Below, in pieces: positions 1 to 9,076 of a stretch of DNA of 34,656 nucleotides (the first letter of the stretch is position 1; every line of letters starts with the position of its first letter). Source of the DNA: an archaeon (GTDB taxonomy: Archaea > Nanobdellota > Nanobdellia > SCGC-AAA011-G17 > PNOQ01); assembly GCA_021107835.1 (NCBI GenBank), contig JAIOSD010000048.1:1-34656 (forward strand), in the 5' to 3' direction. The translations under genes were made by a program, and so were the position numbers. Under the pieces are notes generated by a model. It saw nothing but the letters and a program-made list of their open reading frames with translations. It was not told the DNA's origin and did not search any database.

Positions 1-352
1 AGTAAAAACTCGCAGCCTGATAAGCTACATCATCCCATAATTCACCAGTAGCATGGGCACTAATATTTACATAATTATTCCCATCATTTTGGATTGTAAT
101 ATAATCTTCTGCTATTTGACTATCATTAGATATTGTTCTAGCCAAATCCCCAAAAGCAATTGTAGTATCAATTGCCGTACAGCTTGTAACAGAAGATACA
201 GTCAAAGTAGTTGTCCCCTCAGTAGTATCAGTAGCAAACCCAGTTAATTGGTTTAATTCACCAATATAAGAAACACTAATCCAAGTCCCCCCAATAGAAA
301 TAATCATTGCCAAAACTAATAAAACAATTAAACTATTATTTGATACTTTCAT
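1..352 (-). CDS. N-terminally anchored surface/secreted protein, 3'-truncated by window edge (absent from ORF track)
   Basis: ATG at 352..350 (minus), open to position 1. My translation is MKVSNNSLIVLLVLAMIISIGGTWISVSYIGELNQLTGFATDTTEGTTTLTVSS... It has a single N-terminal hydrophobic helix followed by a Thr/Ser-rich region. It overlaps the upstream ORF 336..554 by 17 nt and shares the helix-end motif SIGGT with it. Confidence 0.5.
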   Translation of the reverse strand, partial: MKVSNNSLIVLLVLAMIISIGGTWISVSYIGELNQLTGFATDTTEGTTTLTVSSVTSCTAIDTTIAFGDLARTISNDSQIAEDYITIQNDGNNYVNISAHATGELWDDVAYQAASFY

Positions 353-554
353 CAAACTCCCCCTCAGATTCAACTTCATCAATAACATTCAAAGTAACCA
401 TGCCTGTACCACTACCAAACCCAGAACTTAAATCATCAACATTCTCTTTAAAATCTTGAACAGATTCATAAACAATAATAGTTCCACCAATAGAAAAAAC
501 TATTGCAAAAATGAGTAAAATTATAACCACCCTATCAGAAACCTCTTTTTTCAT
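336..554 (-). CDS. small N-terminally anchored acidic protein (paralogous N-terminus to 1..352)
   Basis: 72 aa, MKKEVSDRVVIILLIFAIVFSIGGTIIVYE..., with an acidic C-terminus. It is loosely reminiscent of archaeal pilin N-terminal domains (VS..V..ILL.AI). Confidence 0.5.
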   Translation of the reverse strand: MKKEVSDRVVIILLIFAIVFSIGGTIIVYESVQDFKENVDDLSSGFGSGTGMVTLNVIDEVESEGEFDESIK

Positions 555-579
555 AATAAAACTAAAGAGATACCCCTAT

Positions 580-1434
580 TTAAACTTTTCTAAATATCAT
601 CTGTCCAGAAACATTTTCATCCAAGTATTTTTGTGCTTTTTTGTTTAATTCCCCATTACCTAAAAACAAAACTGGCAAATTACTCTTTCCAGCCTCATCC
701 AAAGCAGATAACAAATCAGAATCAGTAATATTCTTTTTATTCTTAAACTTAACAAAATACCTCAATTGCCCAAGATTAGAAGGAACATCAATAACAAAAT
801 TAAATTCTCTACCTTTCCTAGCAATATTTTGTGAAATAACATACATTTCATTCTCTTTAAAATAATCTAAAATTAGATCAAAAACGTCATTATCCTGCTT
901 AATCTCTTCCTTTACAGGTTTTTCTAGAATTTCTTGCCTTTCAATTGGTTTCTCAACTTTCTTTGGTTCTTCTTTCGCCTCACTCTTAAAATCACCGAGC
1001 AATTTCTTAATCAAAACCTTAGCATCATCATTAGCAGTCAAATACCATTTCCAAAAAGTCTCTGCCTTCCCAGAATGATTAACCGTCAAAGGAACTGCAA
1101 AATCCTTTAGATCTCTTAGAGCAACCCTTTGCCAAGGTAATGCTTCAGAGTCCCTGATTACAATCTTTTCGCTTATTAAATCGTAAGCCTCCTTAACTTT
1201 TCCAGAAAGAAATTGCGCAAGATCCATTAATTTCTCTTCTTGACCTGAAACATAATAAAAAGGAGAACCCCCCCTTTTAATATAAGTTAATTTAACCTTT
1301 TTCTTATCTACCAACTCAGATAAAATTGCACTAGCAAATAAAATATTTGTATTTATTGTAGTAGATATCTGTGAAGGTAATACCGGTCCATTTTTCATAA
1401 CAAAAGCCAAAGCTTCATTGCGAGCATCCATCAT
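580..1434 (-). CDS. hypothetical protein with probable tandem winged-helix N-terminal region
   Basis: Long ORF of 284 aa. The N-terminal segments look wHTH-like (ALAFVMKNGPVLPSQISTTINTNILFASAILSELVDKKKV). No catalytic motif was recognised. Confidence 0.55.
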   Translation of the reverse strand: MMDARNEALAFVMKNGPVLPSQISTTINTNILFASAILSELVDKKKVKLTYIKRGGSPFYYVSGQEEKLMDLAQFLSGKVKEAYDLISEKIVIRDSEALPWQRVALRDLKDFAVPLTVNHSGKAETFWKWYLTANDDAKVLIKKLLGDFKSEAKEEPKKVEKPIERQEILEKPVKEEIKQDNDVFDLILDYFKENEMYVISQNIARKGREFNFVIDVPSNLGQLRYFVKFKNKKNITDSDLLSALDEAGKSNLPVLFLGNGELNKKAQKYLDENVSGQMIFRKV

Positions 1435-1466
1435 AAATAAAAGAAGACTTACTTAATATAAAAACC

Positions 1467-1997
1467 TTATGGCCGAGTCCACTTAACTTCATAAAAAGTT
1501 ACATCCCCTTCATCATCCACAACACCAAGTAATAATTTCTTTTTAGTAGAATTAGCAACCCTATTCTTAGCAGAAAAATCATACCAGGTCATAACTTCCC
1601 TCTCATGAACAGAATACATCACCCATTTAGCATGGTCCTCACCAGGTTTAACACCCCTACCATAAATTCTAAAATCTGCACCAAATTTCAAAGCAGTTTT
1701 AACAATATAGCCCCTTTTCCGCATTTCCTTATAAGCAATATATTTAGTCCAGAAACGAGGTTCTACCCTTCTAGCCCTTTTAACAAAAGAATCAAAATTT
1801 AACTTTTTATTTCTTCCATCAAATAATTCCATCTTTTCTTCTTCTAACAAATAAAGAGCTTCAACAAAAGAATAATAAAATCTCTTACCCTTTTGCTCTC
1901 CAAAACGAGATTTGTCATAAATCTGTTTAGCAAAATCACCTTCAGGGGCCATAATTACATCCTTCGAAAATATAGCAGTAATTTTTTCTTTATCCAT
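1467..1997 (-). CDS. endA: tRNA-splicing (intron) endonuclease, short alpha4-like form
   Basis: Motifs: FVEALYLLEE..., KYIAYKEMRKRGYIVKTALKFGADFRIYGRG...HAKWV. I place the start at the ATG at 1997 (MDKEKITAI). The track start at 2090 would overlap the divergent RNase Z gene. Confidence 0.85.
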   Translation of the reverse strand: MDKEKITAIFSKDVIMAPEGDFAKQIYDKSRFGEQKGKRFYYSFVEALYLLEEEKMELFDGRNKKLNFDSFVKRARRVEPRFWTKYIAYKEMRKRGYIVKTALKFGADFRIYGRGVKPGEDHAKWVMYSVHEREVMTWYDFSAKNRVANSTKKKLLLGVVDDEGDVTFYEVKWTRP

Positions 1998-2047
1998 AAA
2001 ACCATTTAAACAAAAACTATTTAAAAACCTTTCCTTAAAACAAAACC

Positions 2048-2938
2048 ATGAAATTAACATTTTTAGGAACTTCCAGCATGATTCCAACAAAAGATAGAAA
2101 TACTACAGCCATTCTACTTAATCATAAATCTGAAAATATTTTAATAGATTGTGGAGAAGGAACCCAAAGACAACTAAAAAAAGCAAACATCAGTCCAACT
2201 AAAATAACCAAAATATTAATAACCCATTGGCATGGAGATCACATACTCGGCTTACCCGGACTATTAGAAACACTAGCAAAACTGAACTATAACAAAACAT
2301 TAGAAATTTATGGTCCAACAGGCACTAAAAAATTCATAAAAGAATTATATAAAATCTTCATAAGCCAATTCAGCAAGATAAAATTAAAAGTAGAAGATAT
2401 AACAAAAAATGGAAAATTCTTCGAAGATAAAATTTTAACAATTTCTGCCCAAAAATTAGATCACACAACAACTTGCTATGGCTATGCAATTCAAGAAAAA
2501 GATAGAAGAAGAATAAATCTAAAATACACTAAAAAATTTGGATTGACAAAACATCCCCTATTAGGTAAACTACAGCAAGGAAAAACAATAACCTACAAAG
2601 GAAAAAAATTAACACCTCAAAAAGCAACTAAATTAATCAAAGGAGAAAAAATAACTTTTATTATAGATACAAAAAAACCAAAAAATATAACTAAATTTGC
2701 AGAAAATTCAGAAATACTTGTATCAGAATCAACCTATTCTACAAAAAACAAAGATTTAGCAAAAAGTAGAAAACACATGACTTCAAAAGACGCAGCAGAA
2801 ATAGCAAAGGCAGCAAAAGTAAAAAAACTAATACTAACTCACTTTAGTCAAAGATATCAAAACACAAAAGAATTAGAAAAAGAAGCAAAAAAAGTTTTCA
2901 AAAATACTGTAACAGCTAATGATTTCTCTACATTCTAA
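2048..2938 (+). CDS. rnz: ribonuclease Z (tRNA 3' endonuclease, metallo-beta-lactamase fold)
   Basis: MKLTFLGTSS..PTKDRNTTAILL, the HxHxDH motif ITHWHGDHILGLPGLL, and C-terminal LILTHFSQRY. Confidence 0.85.
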   Translation: MKLTFLGTSSMIPTKDRNTTAILLNHKSENILIDCGEGTQRQLKKANISPTKITKILITHWHGDHILGLPGLLETLAKLNYNKTLEIYGPTGTKKFIKELYKIFISQFSKIKLKVEDITKNGKFFEDKILTISAQKLDHTTTCYGYAIQEKDRRRINLKYTKKFGLTKHPLLGKLQQGKTITYKGKKLTPQKATKLIKGEKITFIIDTKKPKNITKFAENSEILVSESTYSTKNKDLAKSRKHMTSKDAAEIAKAAKVKKLILTHFSQRYQNTKELEKEAKKVFKNTVTANDFSTF

Positions 2939-3794
2939 CTTTAAGATAAGAAACAAACAAGAAAATGTCTATAAATGCGTTTACAAACACCAACACTATT
3001 TCTTTAATAAAATAAAAAACAATTAAAATAACAGACAAACCAACTGCACCATAAAACGCATCCATTATCACAATCCTAAAGAATTCAGAAAATAATCCTG
3101 CAACAAAGAGCAATACAATACTAATCCCCCAAACAGACATCAAATATTTAGTTTTAGATTTAAATAAATCCATCGCTTTAGTCAAAGCAGAAACTGCTCT
3201 AACATTTTCTCTGAACAAAATAGGATACCTAAACAACAATAACAACCTAATCAATAATAAAATAAGAATTACAGAAATAGCGACTAAAAAAGAAGAGCTA
3301 CTAATATAACCAGATAAGATAAACAAAGGCAAACTCAAAACTAAAGATAAGATAAGAATTAAAATAAATACCATAACCCTCATCTCAATAACTCTCCAAT
3401 AATATTTAGAACCACCAAAAATAGATTTTCTCAAACTAATTTTCTTTCCTTTAGCAGCACGATCAATCATAGAAAATTTCATAGCAATTAGTCCAGAACC
3501 CACAAAAAAGTTGGCAATTACAAATCCTGCTAAACTCAAAACAATTTTCAAAATTTGTGATTGTGTTATCAAAACAGAAGATATTTTCTTTGCAATTGCT
3601 GCTAAACCCCCGCTAACAAACAAACTAGAAGGATCTCGAAATAAAACAGGAAACAACCCATTCATATAAATAAAAATTAAAGCAAACACTAAAGAAGTTA
3701 AAAAAGCCATTAAACTTGGCACAATAATTTTCCAGTTTTTTCTGAAAAGAGATAAACTCTTAACAATATTATAAAAGTATACCATTTTTAACAC
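2928..3794 (-). CDS. polytopic membrane protein, unknown function
   Basis: 288 aa with multiple long hydrophobic segments. It overlaps the upstream phosphatase gene by 7 nt, suggesting an operon. Confidence 0.6.
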   Translation of the reverse strand: MLKMVYFYNIVKSLSLFRKNWKIIVPSLMAFLTSLVFALIFIYMNGLFPVLFRDPSSLFVSGGLAAIAKKISSVLITQSQILKIVLSLAGFVIANFFVGSGLIAMKFSMIDRAAKGKKISLRKSIFGGSKYYWRVIEMRVMVFILILILSLVLSLPLFILSGYISSSSFLVAISVILILLLIRLLLLFRYPILFRENVRAVSALTKAMDLFKSKTKYLMSVWGISIVLLFVAGLFSEFFRIVIMDAFYGAVGLSVILIVFYFIKEIVLVFVNAFIDIFLFVSYLKVRM

Positions 3795-4363
3795 TTAATA
3801 ACATACTCAAAACAATTATCATAAGGATTTTCTATTTCCATCATCTGCTTTACAGTCATCTTTTCAAAATATCTCCTAAATGGTCTCATAGAATTCCCAT
3901 GGGCAGAGATCGCAACATTAACCTTATCCTTTTTTATTAATTTAAGTAAATCTTTTATGAAACTTTTTACTCTTTTCTCTACTTGTTTAATTGATTCTCC
4001 CTTTGGAGGTTTAGTTTTATATCCTCTATGAAATTTATCATACTTCTCAGGAGAATTCTTTTTAATATATTGCAAATGCGTTTTTCCTTGTAAGGCACCA
4101 TAAGATCTCTCAATCATTCTGTCATCAGTTACAACAATTTTACACTCTTTATGGAATTTCAAAACTTCTTTTAGCGTCTCTTTAGATCTAATTAATTTAG
4201 ATTGATATGCTACATCTATTTTCTTATTTTTTAACCTCAATGCTACAATTTTAGCATCATCCTTTCCTCTCTTATTTAAAGGACTTTGTCTCCAACCAGA
4301 AAACTTACCAGCAGAATTATCTTCAGTAGTTCCATGTCTAAATAAATAAATATAACACCTCAT
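3788..4363 (-). CDS. histidine phosphatase family protein (phosphoglycerate mutase-like)
   Basis: RHG motif (YLFRHGTTEDN) and a second catalytic His context (ISAHGNSMR). Confidence 0.8.
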   Translation of the reverse strand: MRCYIYLFRHGTTEDNSAGKFSGWRQSPLNKRGKDDAKIVALRLKNKKIDVAYQSKLIRSKETLKEVLKFHKECKIVVTDDRMIERSYGALQGKTHLQYIKKNSPEKYDKFHRGYKTKPPKGESIKQVEKRVKSFIKDLLKLIKKDKVNVAISAHGNSMRPFRRYFEKMTVKQMMEIENPYDNCFEYVIKC

Positions 4364-4403
4364 ATTTTTAAAATTTAGTTTAGAATATTAAAAAGGTTTC
4401 TAT

Positions 4404-5201
4404 TTAAACATCGATAATTTTATGACCTACAACACCCAAATTATAAACCTCAGTTTTACCAACCCTAGTCATTCCTTCGCCTTCATGTATGTGGCCACAA
4501 AAAACATAAGGAGGTTTACTCTTTTTTATATAATTTAAAACAGTTTTACTACCTGCATGTTTACCTCTCCAATTAGTTGGCACCCCAGGAAAATTCACCT
4601 TATCTAAAATACCATAAGGCGGTTGATGACAAACCAGAATATCTATATCTTTGAATCTTTTAAGAACCTTTCTTGCTTTATTGGTCTCTCTTTTAGCACA
4701 TTGCATTGATTCCTTATAATCCTTCGGCTTAAACTCCTTTACCCAACAAGTATCCACAAAAAACTCCAAAAAGCCTATCCTAACCCCATTTAAAATTCTT
4801 AATTGATTTTTAACTAATTTGATTTTTTTCATAGAAGAAATCTCCTCCTTAGTAGAGATTAAGTTTAAATTATATTTACGTTTTTTCTCTTTAACATCTT
4901 TTATACTTGGAATGCCAACATTGCCTTGAATAGTATAAACCGGAGCAAACCCGGATAAATATTTTAGTAATTTAATAGTAGACTTATGGACCTCAAGATG
5001 GATTTTTTTAATCTGGACAAGGGTTCTTTCAATTTCAGGCAATCCTTTTTTCTTTCTTTTAATATTCTCAAAGTAAAGTTTTCTAGCCAAATCAGCCTTA
5101 CCCAAATCCCCAGTCAAAAGGATTAAATCTATATTTTTTATGGGAATCTTTTTTATTTTACCCACATTCCCATGTGGATCCCCAATCGCCAAAATTTTCA
5201 T
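4404..5201 (-). CDS. calcineurin-like metallophosphoesterase
   Basis: Motifs: ILAIGDPHGN, LLTGDLG, VCHQPP, FCGHIHEG. The start is set at the ATG at 5201 (MKILAIGDPHG). Confidence 0.8.
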   Translation of the reverse strand: MKILAIGDPHGNVGKIKKIPIKNIDLILLTGDLGKADLARKLYFENIKRKKKGLPEIERTLVQIKKIHLEVHKSTIKLLKYLSGFAPVYTIQGNVGIPSIKDVKEKKRKYNLNLISTKEEISSMKKIKLVKNQLRILNGVRIGFLEFFVDTCWVKEFKPKDYKESMQCAKRETNKARKVLKRFKDIDILVCHQPPYGILDKVNFPGVPTNWRGKHAGSKTVLNYIKKSKPPYVFCGHIHEGEGMTRVGKTEVYNLGVVGHKIIDV

Positions 5202-5291
5202 AAAACTAAAACAAAATTCAAATTTTATAAATCTTCCCCCCAACTAAAACATCGAAAACCTTTAAAACAAACACAACATTAACCAAAAAAC

Positions 5292-5906
5292 ATGGAAGAA
5301 GACATAATAATAACCTATGAAACACTATATGATATCCTAAGAAGAGAAAAAGACAGAGTAGAACTACAAACACTCCCAGAAACATTTCTACAAGACCTAA
5401 TAAACTACCTAAAGAAAAAGAAAGAAATACTCCAATCACAAGAAAAAAAGAAATCTATTTTCACAAGTATAGAAGTACAAAAAACAAGAAAACAAATAGA
5501 ATCTATTCAAAAAATAATAAAAGAACTGTATGAAAGAAGAGAATCAAAAATAATACAATTAGCAATTATATCCTCAAGAACAAACATAGAAACAGAAGAA
5601 AAAACAGTAATGTTACTAGAAGAACATGAATTATATGATTCTATAATAAAAAAATTAGATTATTACAGAGAAAATGTACTTTACCAACTAAGTAACGGAG
5701 ATGCTCCAAAAGTAAAAACAAAAGCTTTAAAAAAGCCTGAAAAGCCAAACAAAACAGCTAAAAAACTAAAATTTTTAGTAGATATCCCAAAATTCATAGG
5801 TACAGACCTAGAAACTTACGGGCCCTTCAATAATGAAGAAAAAACCAATATTCCAAACGAAATAGCAGATTTGCTAATAAAACAACAAAAAGCTGAAGAA
5901 ATATGA
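5292..5906 (+). CDS. GINS-like replication factor candidate (Gins51/15-type)
   Basis: The N-terminus ITYETLYDILRREKDRVELQTLPETFLQDLINYL, followed by ...RRESKIIQLAI, resembles the archaeal GINS A-domain pattern. This is from memory only. Confidence 0.45.
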   Translation: MEEDIIITYETLYDILRREKDRVELQTLPETFLQDLINYLKKKKEILQSQEKKKSIFTSIEVQKTRKQIESIQKIIKELYERRESKIIQLAIISSRTNIETEEKTVMLLEEHELYDSIIKKLDYYRENVLYQLSNGDAPKVKTKALKKPEKPNKTAKKLKFLVDIPKFIGTDLETYGPFNNEEKTNIPNEIADLLIKQQKAEEI

Positions 5907-6214
5907 AAGTTCCAAAAATAAAAAAGGCATATTGCAAGAAGTGCAAAGAACACACAGAACACAAAGTAACAGAGAATAAAACAACAGGTAAAAGAGGTAC
6001 TTTAAAAAAAGGTTCTATTGCTAGATCAAAAGCAAGAGGATTAGGAAGAGGTTTTGGAAACTTAGGAAAATGGGGTTCTAAACCTGCAATGAGTAAATTC
6101 AAGCGTACAGGTTCAAAATCATCAAAAAAAATAGCATTAAAATTAACTTGCCAAGATTGTAAAAAATCAAGTATTCAATCAATTGGTAGATTAAAAAAAG
6201 TGGAGTTCGAATAA
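5903..6214 (+). CDS. rpl44e: 50S ribosomal protein L44e (eL42)
   Basis: CKKCKEHTEHKV...GKRGTLKKGSIARSKARGLGRGFGNLGKWGSKP...LKLTCQDCKKS. There is a 4-nt overlap with the upstream gene. Confidence 0.9.
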   Translation: MKVPKIKKAYCKKCKEHTEHKVTENKTTGKRGTLKKGSIARSKARGLGRGFGNLGKWGSKPAMSKFKRTGSKSSKKIALKLTCQDCKKSSIQSIGRLKKVEFE

Positions 6215-6215
6215 A

Positions 6216-6380
6216 ATGAAATCAAAATTCATAAAAGTTAGATGTTCAAAATGTAAGAACGAACAAATTATATTTGAAAAACCTGCAACAATAATCAAAT
6301 GTTTAGTTTGTGAAAAAGTTTTAGCAGAACCAAGAGGCGGAAAAGCTAAAATAAAAACTAACGTTCTAGAAATAATCTAA
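6216..6380 (+). CDS. rps27e: 30S ribosomal protein S27e (eS27); under 60 aa, absent from ORF track
   Basis: My translation is MKSKFIKVRCSKCKNEQIIFEKPATIIKCLVCEKVLAEPRGGKAKIKTNVLEII (54 aa). It has a C4 zinc ribbon and occupies the canonical position between L44e and aIF2alpha. Confidence 0.85.
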   Translation: MKSKFIKVRCSKCKNEQIIFEKPATIIKCLVCEKVLAEPRGGKAKIKTNVLEII

Positions 6381-6382
6381 AA

Positions 6383-7153
6383 ATGTTTTATAAAAAATCT
6401 GGACTACCAGAACAAGGAGAGATAGTAATCTGTACAGTTACTAAAATTCTTTATCATTCCGTATTTGCTAAACTAGACGAATACAATCATTTAGATGGAA
6501 TGATTCACATATCTGAAATATCTCCAGGAAGAATTAGAAATATAAGAGATTATGTAAAAGAAGGCAAAAGAATAGTTTGCAAAGTTCTAAGAGTAAATCT
6601 AGATAAAAAACAAGTTGATCTTTCTATAAGAAGAGTAAACACCATGCAAGCTATTAACAGAAATAATGAATACAAACAAGAACAAAAAGCAGAAAAATTA
6701 TTGGAATTCATAGGTAAACAATTAAAAAAAGATTTGAAAACAATATACACTGAAGCAGGTTTCAAAATCATAGAAACATATGGTTCCCTCTATGAAGGAT
6801 TCCAAAGATTTGTTTTAGATGACGAAGTAATAAAAGATTTGAAATTAGACAAAACCCTAGAAAAAACATTATTAGAAATCGTAAAAGATAAAATAAAAGC
6901 ACCCGAAGTAGAAATTTCTGGGATAATAACATTAACTTCAGAAGCTACAGATGGGGTAGAAGTAATCAAAAAGATCCTAATAAAAGCTCAAAAAGGCGAA
7001 ATAAAAATAACTTATATTAGTGCGCCAAAATACAAAATCTCGGTAACCGCTTCTGATTATAAAACAGCAGAAGGAATTCTAAAAAATTCACAAGAAGAAA
7101 TAATAGCTTCAATTGAAAAAGCAGGCGGAACTGGTAAATTCAAAAGACAATGA
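6383..7153 (+). CDS. eif2a: translation initiation factor aIF-2 alpha subunit
   Basis: S1 domain: GEIVICTVTKI...GMIHISEISPGRIRNIRDYVKEGKRIVCKVLRVNLDKKQVDLSIRRV. Confidence 0.9.
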   Translation: MFYKKSGLPEQGEIVICTVTKILYHSVFAKLDEYNHLDGMIHISEISPGRIRNIRDYVKEGKRIVCKVLRVNLDKKQVDLSIRRVNTMQAINRNNEYKQEQKAEKLLEFIGKQLKKDLKTIYTEAGFKIIETYGSLYEGFQRFVLDDEVIKDLKLDKTLEKTLLEIVKDKIKAPEVEISGIITLTSEATDGVEVIKKILIKAQKGEIKITYISAPKYKISVTASDYKTAEGILKNSQEEIIASIEKAGGTGKFKRQ

Positions 7154-7308
7154 AACTTCAAATTCTAAAGTGTGAAAAATGTAATGAATATACATTAAAA
7201 GAAAAATGTTCCAAATGTGATTCTAAAACTATAAACCCGAAACCAGCTAAATATTCTGAAACAGATAGAATGAGCAAGTATAGGAATATTGCTAGGAAAG
7301 CACAATAA
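7150..7308 (+). CDS. nop10: H/ACA RNP protein Nop10; under 60 aa, absent from ORF track
   Basis: My translation is MKLQILKCEKCNEYTLKEKCSKCDSKTINPKPAKYSETDRMSKYRNIARKAQ (52 aa). Its ATG overlaps the aIF2alpha stop (ATGA). Confidence 0.85.
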   Translation: MKLQILKCEKCNEYTLKEKCSKCDSKTINPKPAKYSETDRMSKYRNIARKAQ

Positions 7309-7317
7309 GGAATACTT

Positions 7318-7725
7318 TTATTTGTCTATATACGCACCAAGTTCCCTATATAGATCTGCCAATTCATTAGCTCTTTTTTCATCACGTGTTTTTAAAATAG
7401 TTTCTGTTTCATTGTTAAGGATATCTACAATTTCATCAAATTTACGAACAGCTTCTGGATCACTATTTAATTTAATATATTCATATTCAGCCAGTGATGA
7501 ACATTCTTGAATTCTTTGTAAATAGTGGCGGGACCCGCATTTATCAAGGAATCTTACAATAGAGCTATCGTCCCCTTCTTGAACTAAATGTAAAATAGAA
7601 AAAACACCAAGAATTTCGTTGGTTGCATCTTTACAAAGTTTCCATCTTTCAAACACCTGATCTAGAAATGTTCTTTCCTCTCGGGTTAGTTTCATATCTT
7701 TTCTTTGTTCTTCTTCGGGAGACAT
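7318..7725 (-). CDS. hypothetical all-helical acidic protein
   Basis: The ORF track start at 7815 is a TTG. The first ATG at 7725 gives MSPEEEQRKDMKLTREERTF... No motif was recognised. Confidence 0.5.
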   Translation of the reverse strand: MSPEEEQRKDMKLTREERTFLDQVFERWKLCKDATNEILGVFSILHLVQEGDDSSIVRFLDKCGSRHYLQRIQECSSLAEYEYIKLNSDPEAVRKFDEIVDILNNETETILKTRDEKRANELADLYRELGAYIDK

Positions 7726-7821
7726 TTTATTTACCTTATTTAGTAAAATAATCCCATTTTTATGATTTATAAAACTTTCTATTTGTAACAACCATATAAT
7801 AACAACATTATTCAAACCTAT

Positions 7822-9045
7822 CTAAAAATCACCCAAAGTTTTCTGAGGACCAACAGAAAAATTAGGCTCGCCATAAACCCCATCATAGCCTGCTTTTACT
7901 TTTATCAACCCTCTACGATTACTCATTATAATATCAACCAACTTAGAATCTAAAACTTTCAATAAACTATCCTTACTTTCATTCAACAAAACATCAAATT
8001 CAGAGTTAAACTTATCAACAATACTCATATACTTAGCAAAAACATTTTTAGAATATAATTGTTTAACACCAAGAAAACCACTTAAAAGCTCAGATAGAGG
8101 AATCAACCTTTTAAAACCGGGGGCACCATCCAACCTAAATCCTTCAGGACGATCAGCCAGCTTCTCAACCCTATTCAAAACCCCAATAGTCAAAGGTCTA
8201 TTACACTTGGGACAACGACCATTGTGTTTAATACTTTCAGAAGGACTAAAACAAACCCCACATTTCCTATGCCCATCAAAATGATACTTTCCATAACCAG
8301 GATCCACTTCAATAGTACTATGCAAACCCTCACCAGTACGAATAGCTTTCAAAATAGCATTATAACTCACTTCACAATCAAAAATAGTAGCTTCACGACC
8401 AACTCTCCAAGGCCAAAATGAATGACTATCTGAAGAACTAACTAAATTAAATTTATCCAATGAAGAAATTCTCCAATTCATAGAAGGATCAGAAGACAAT
8501 CCAGTTTCAATCGCATGTATATGTTTAACCTTATCTCCAAAACATTCCTCCACAGAATCAAACCCCGATTTACTACCCAAAATACCAAACCAAGGCGTCC
8601 AGGCGTGAGCAGGAATTATTTCAATATCATCAGAAATTTCTTTCATCATCTCAACCAATTCAATAGAAGTAAAACCAAATATTGGACGACCATCATAATC
8701 AATACGCCCTTTCTTAAGGAAAGCTTCAGTAATTTGATCAACAACTTCAAAACTAGGAGCCAATAAAACATGATGCACTCTACGCCCTTTCAAATTTTGT
8801 GTATACATTAAACTAATCTCAGATTGTAGAATAAACTTTGAACCAGAAGGCGTTTTTAAAATCCCACTATCATCTTCGATTAAGTGTTCTTTCAAATGAG
8901 TATTCCACAAAGGATGCTGAAAATCACCAGTACCAAATATATCCACCCCCTTAATCTTTCCCCATTTCTCCAAATTAGGAATATCTAATTTAGGACTAGT
9001 AGCTCTAGAATACCGTCCATGTATGTGTAAATCAGCAATAACCAT
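7822..9045 (-). CDS. endoQ: endonuclease Q-like PHP-domain nuclease with C-terminal Zn ribbon
   Basis: Motifs: ADLHIHGRYS, GTGDFQHP, RRVHHVLL, DGRPIFG, PAHAWTPW, TGLSSDPSM, SSSDSHS, VGREAT, DPGYGKYH, CPKCNRPLTIGVLNRVEKLADR, GYDGVYGE. The motif order matches my recollection of Pyrococcus EndoQ. Confidence 0.75.
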   Translation of the reverse strand: MVIADLHIHGRYSRATSPKLDIPNLEKWGKIKGVDIFGTGDFQHPLWNTHLKEHLIEDDSGILKTPSGSKFILQSEISLMYTQNLKGRRVHHVLLAPSFEVVDQITEAFLKKGRIDYDGRPIFGFTSIELVEMMKEISDDIEIIPAHAWTPWFGILGSKSGFDSVEECFGDKVKHIHAIETGLSSDPSMNWRISSLDKFNLVSSSDSHSFWPWRVGREATIFDCEVSYNAILKAIRTGEGLHSTIEVDPGYGKYHFDGHRKCGVCFSPSESIKHNGRCPKCNRPLTIGVLNRVEKLADRPEGFRLDGAPGFKRLIPLSELLSGFLGVKQLYSKNVFAKYMSIVDKFNSEFDVLLNESKDSLLKVLDSKLVDIIMSNRRGLIKVKAGYDGVYGEPNFSVGPQKTLGDF

Positions 9046-9076
9046 AAAAAAGATAAGAAAAAGAAATATAAGAATC

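Noticed and set aside
53-247. 64-aa plus-strand ORF at the window start.
   Set aside because: It is a shadow of the minus-strand partial gene 1..352, which has a proper ATG, a TM helix and operon-style overlap with 336..554.
1998-2090. N-terminal 31-aa extension of the EndA ORF overlapping the RNase Z start.
   Set aside because: The extension is hydrophobic and Cys/Trp/Phe-rich, unlike EndA, and it would remove any promoter space for either gene. The internal ATG at 1997 gives a canonical-length protein.
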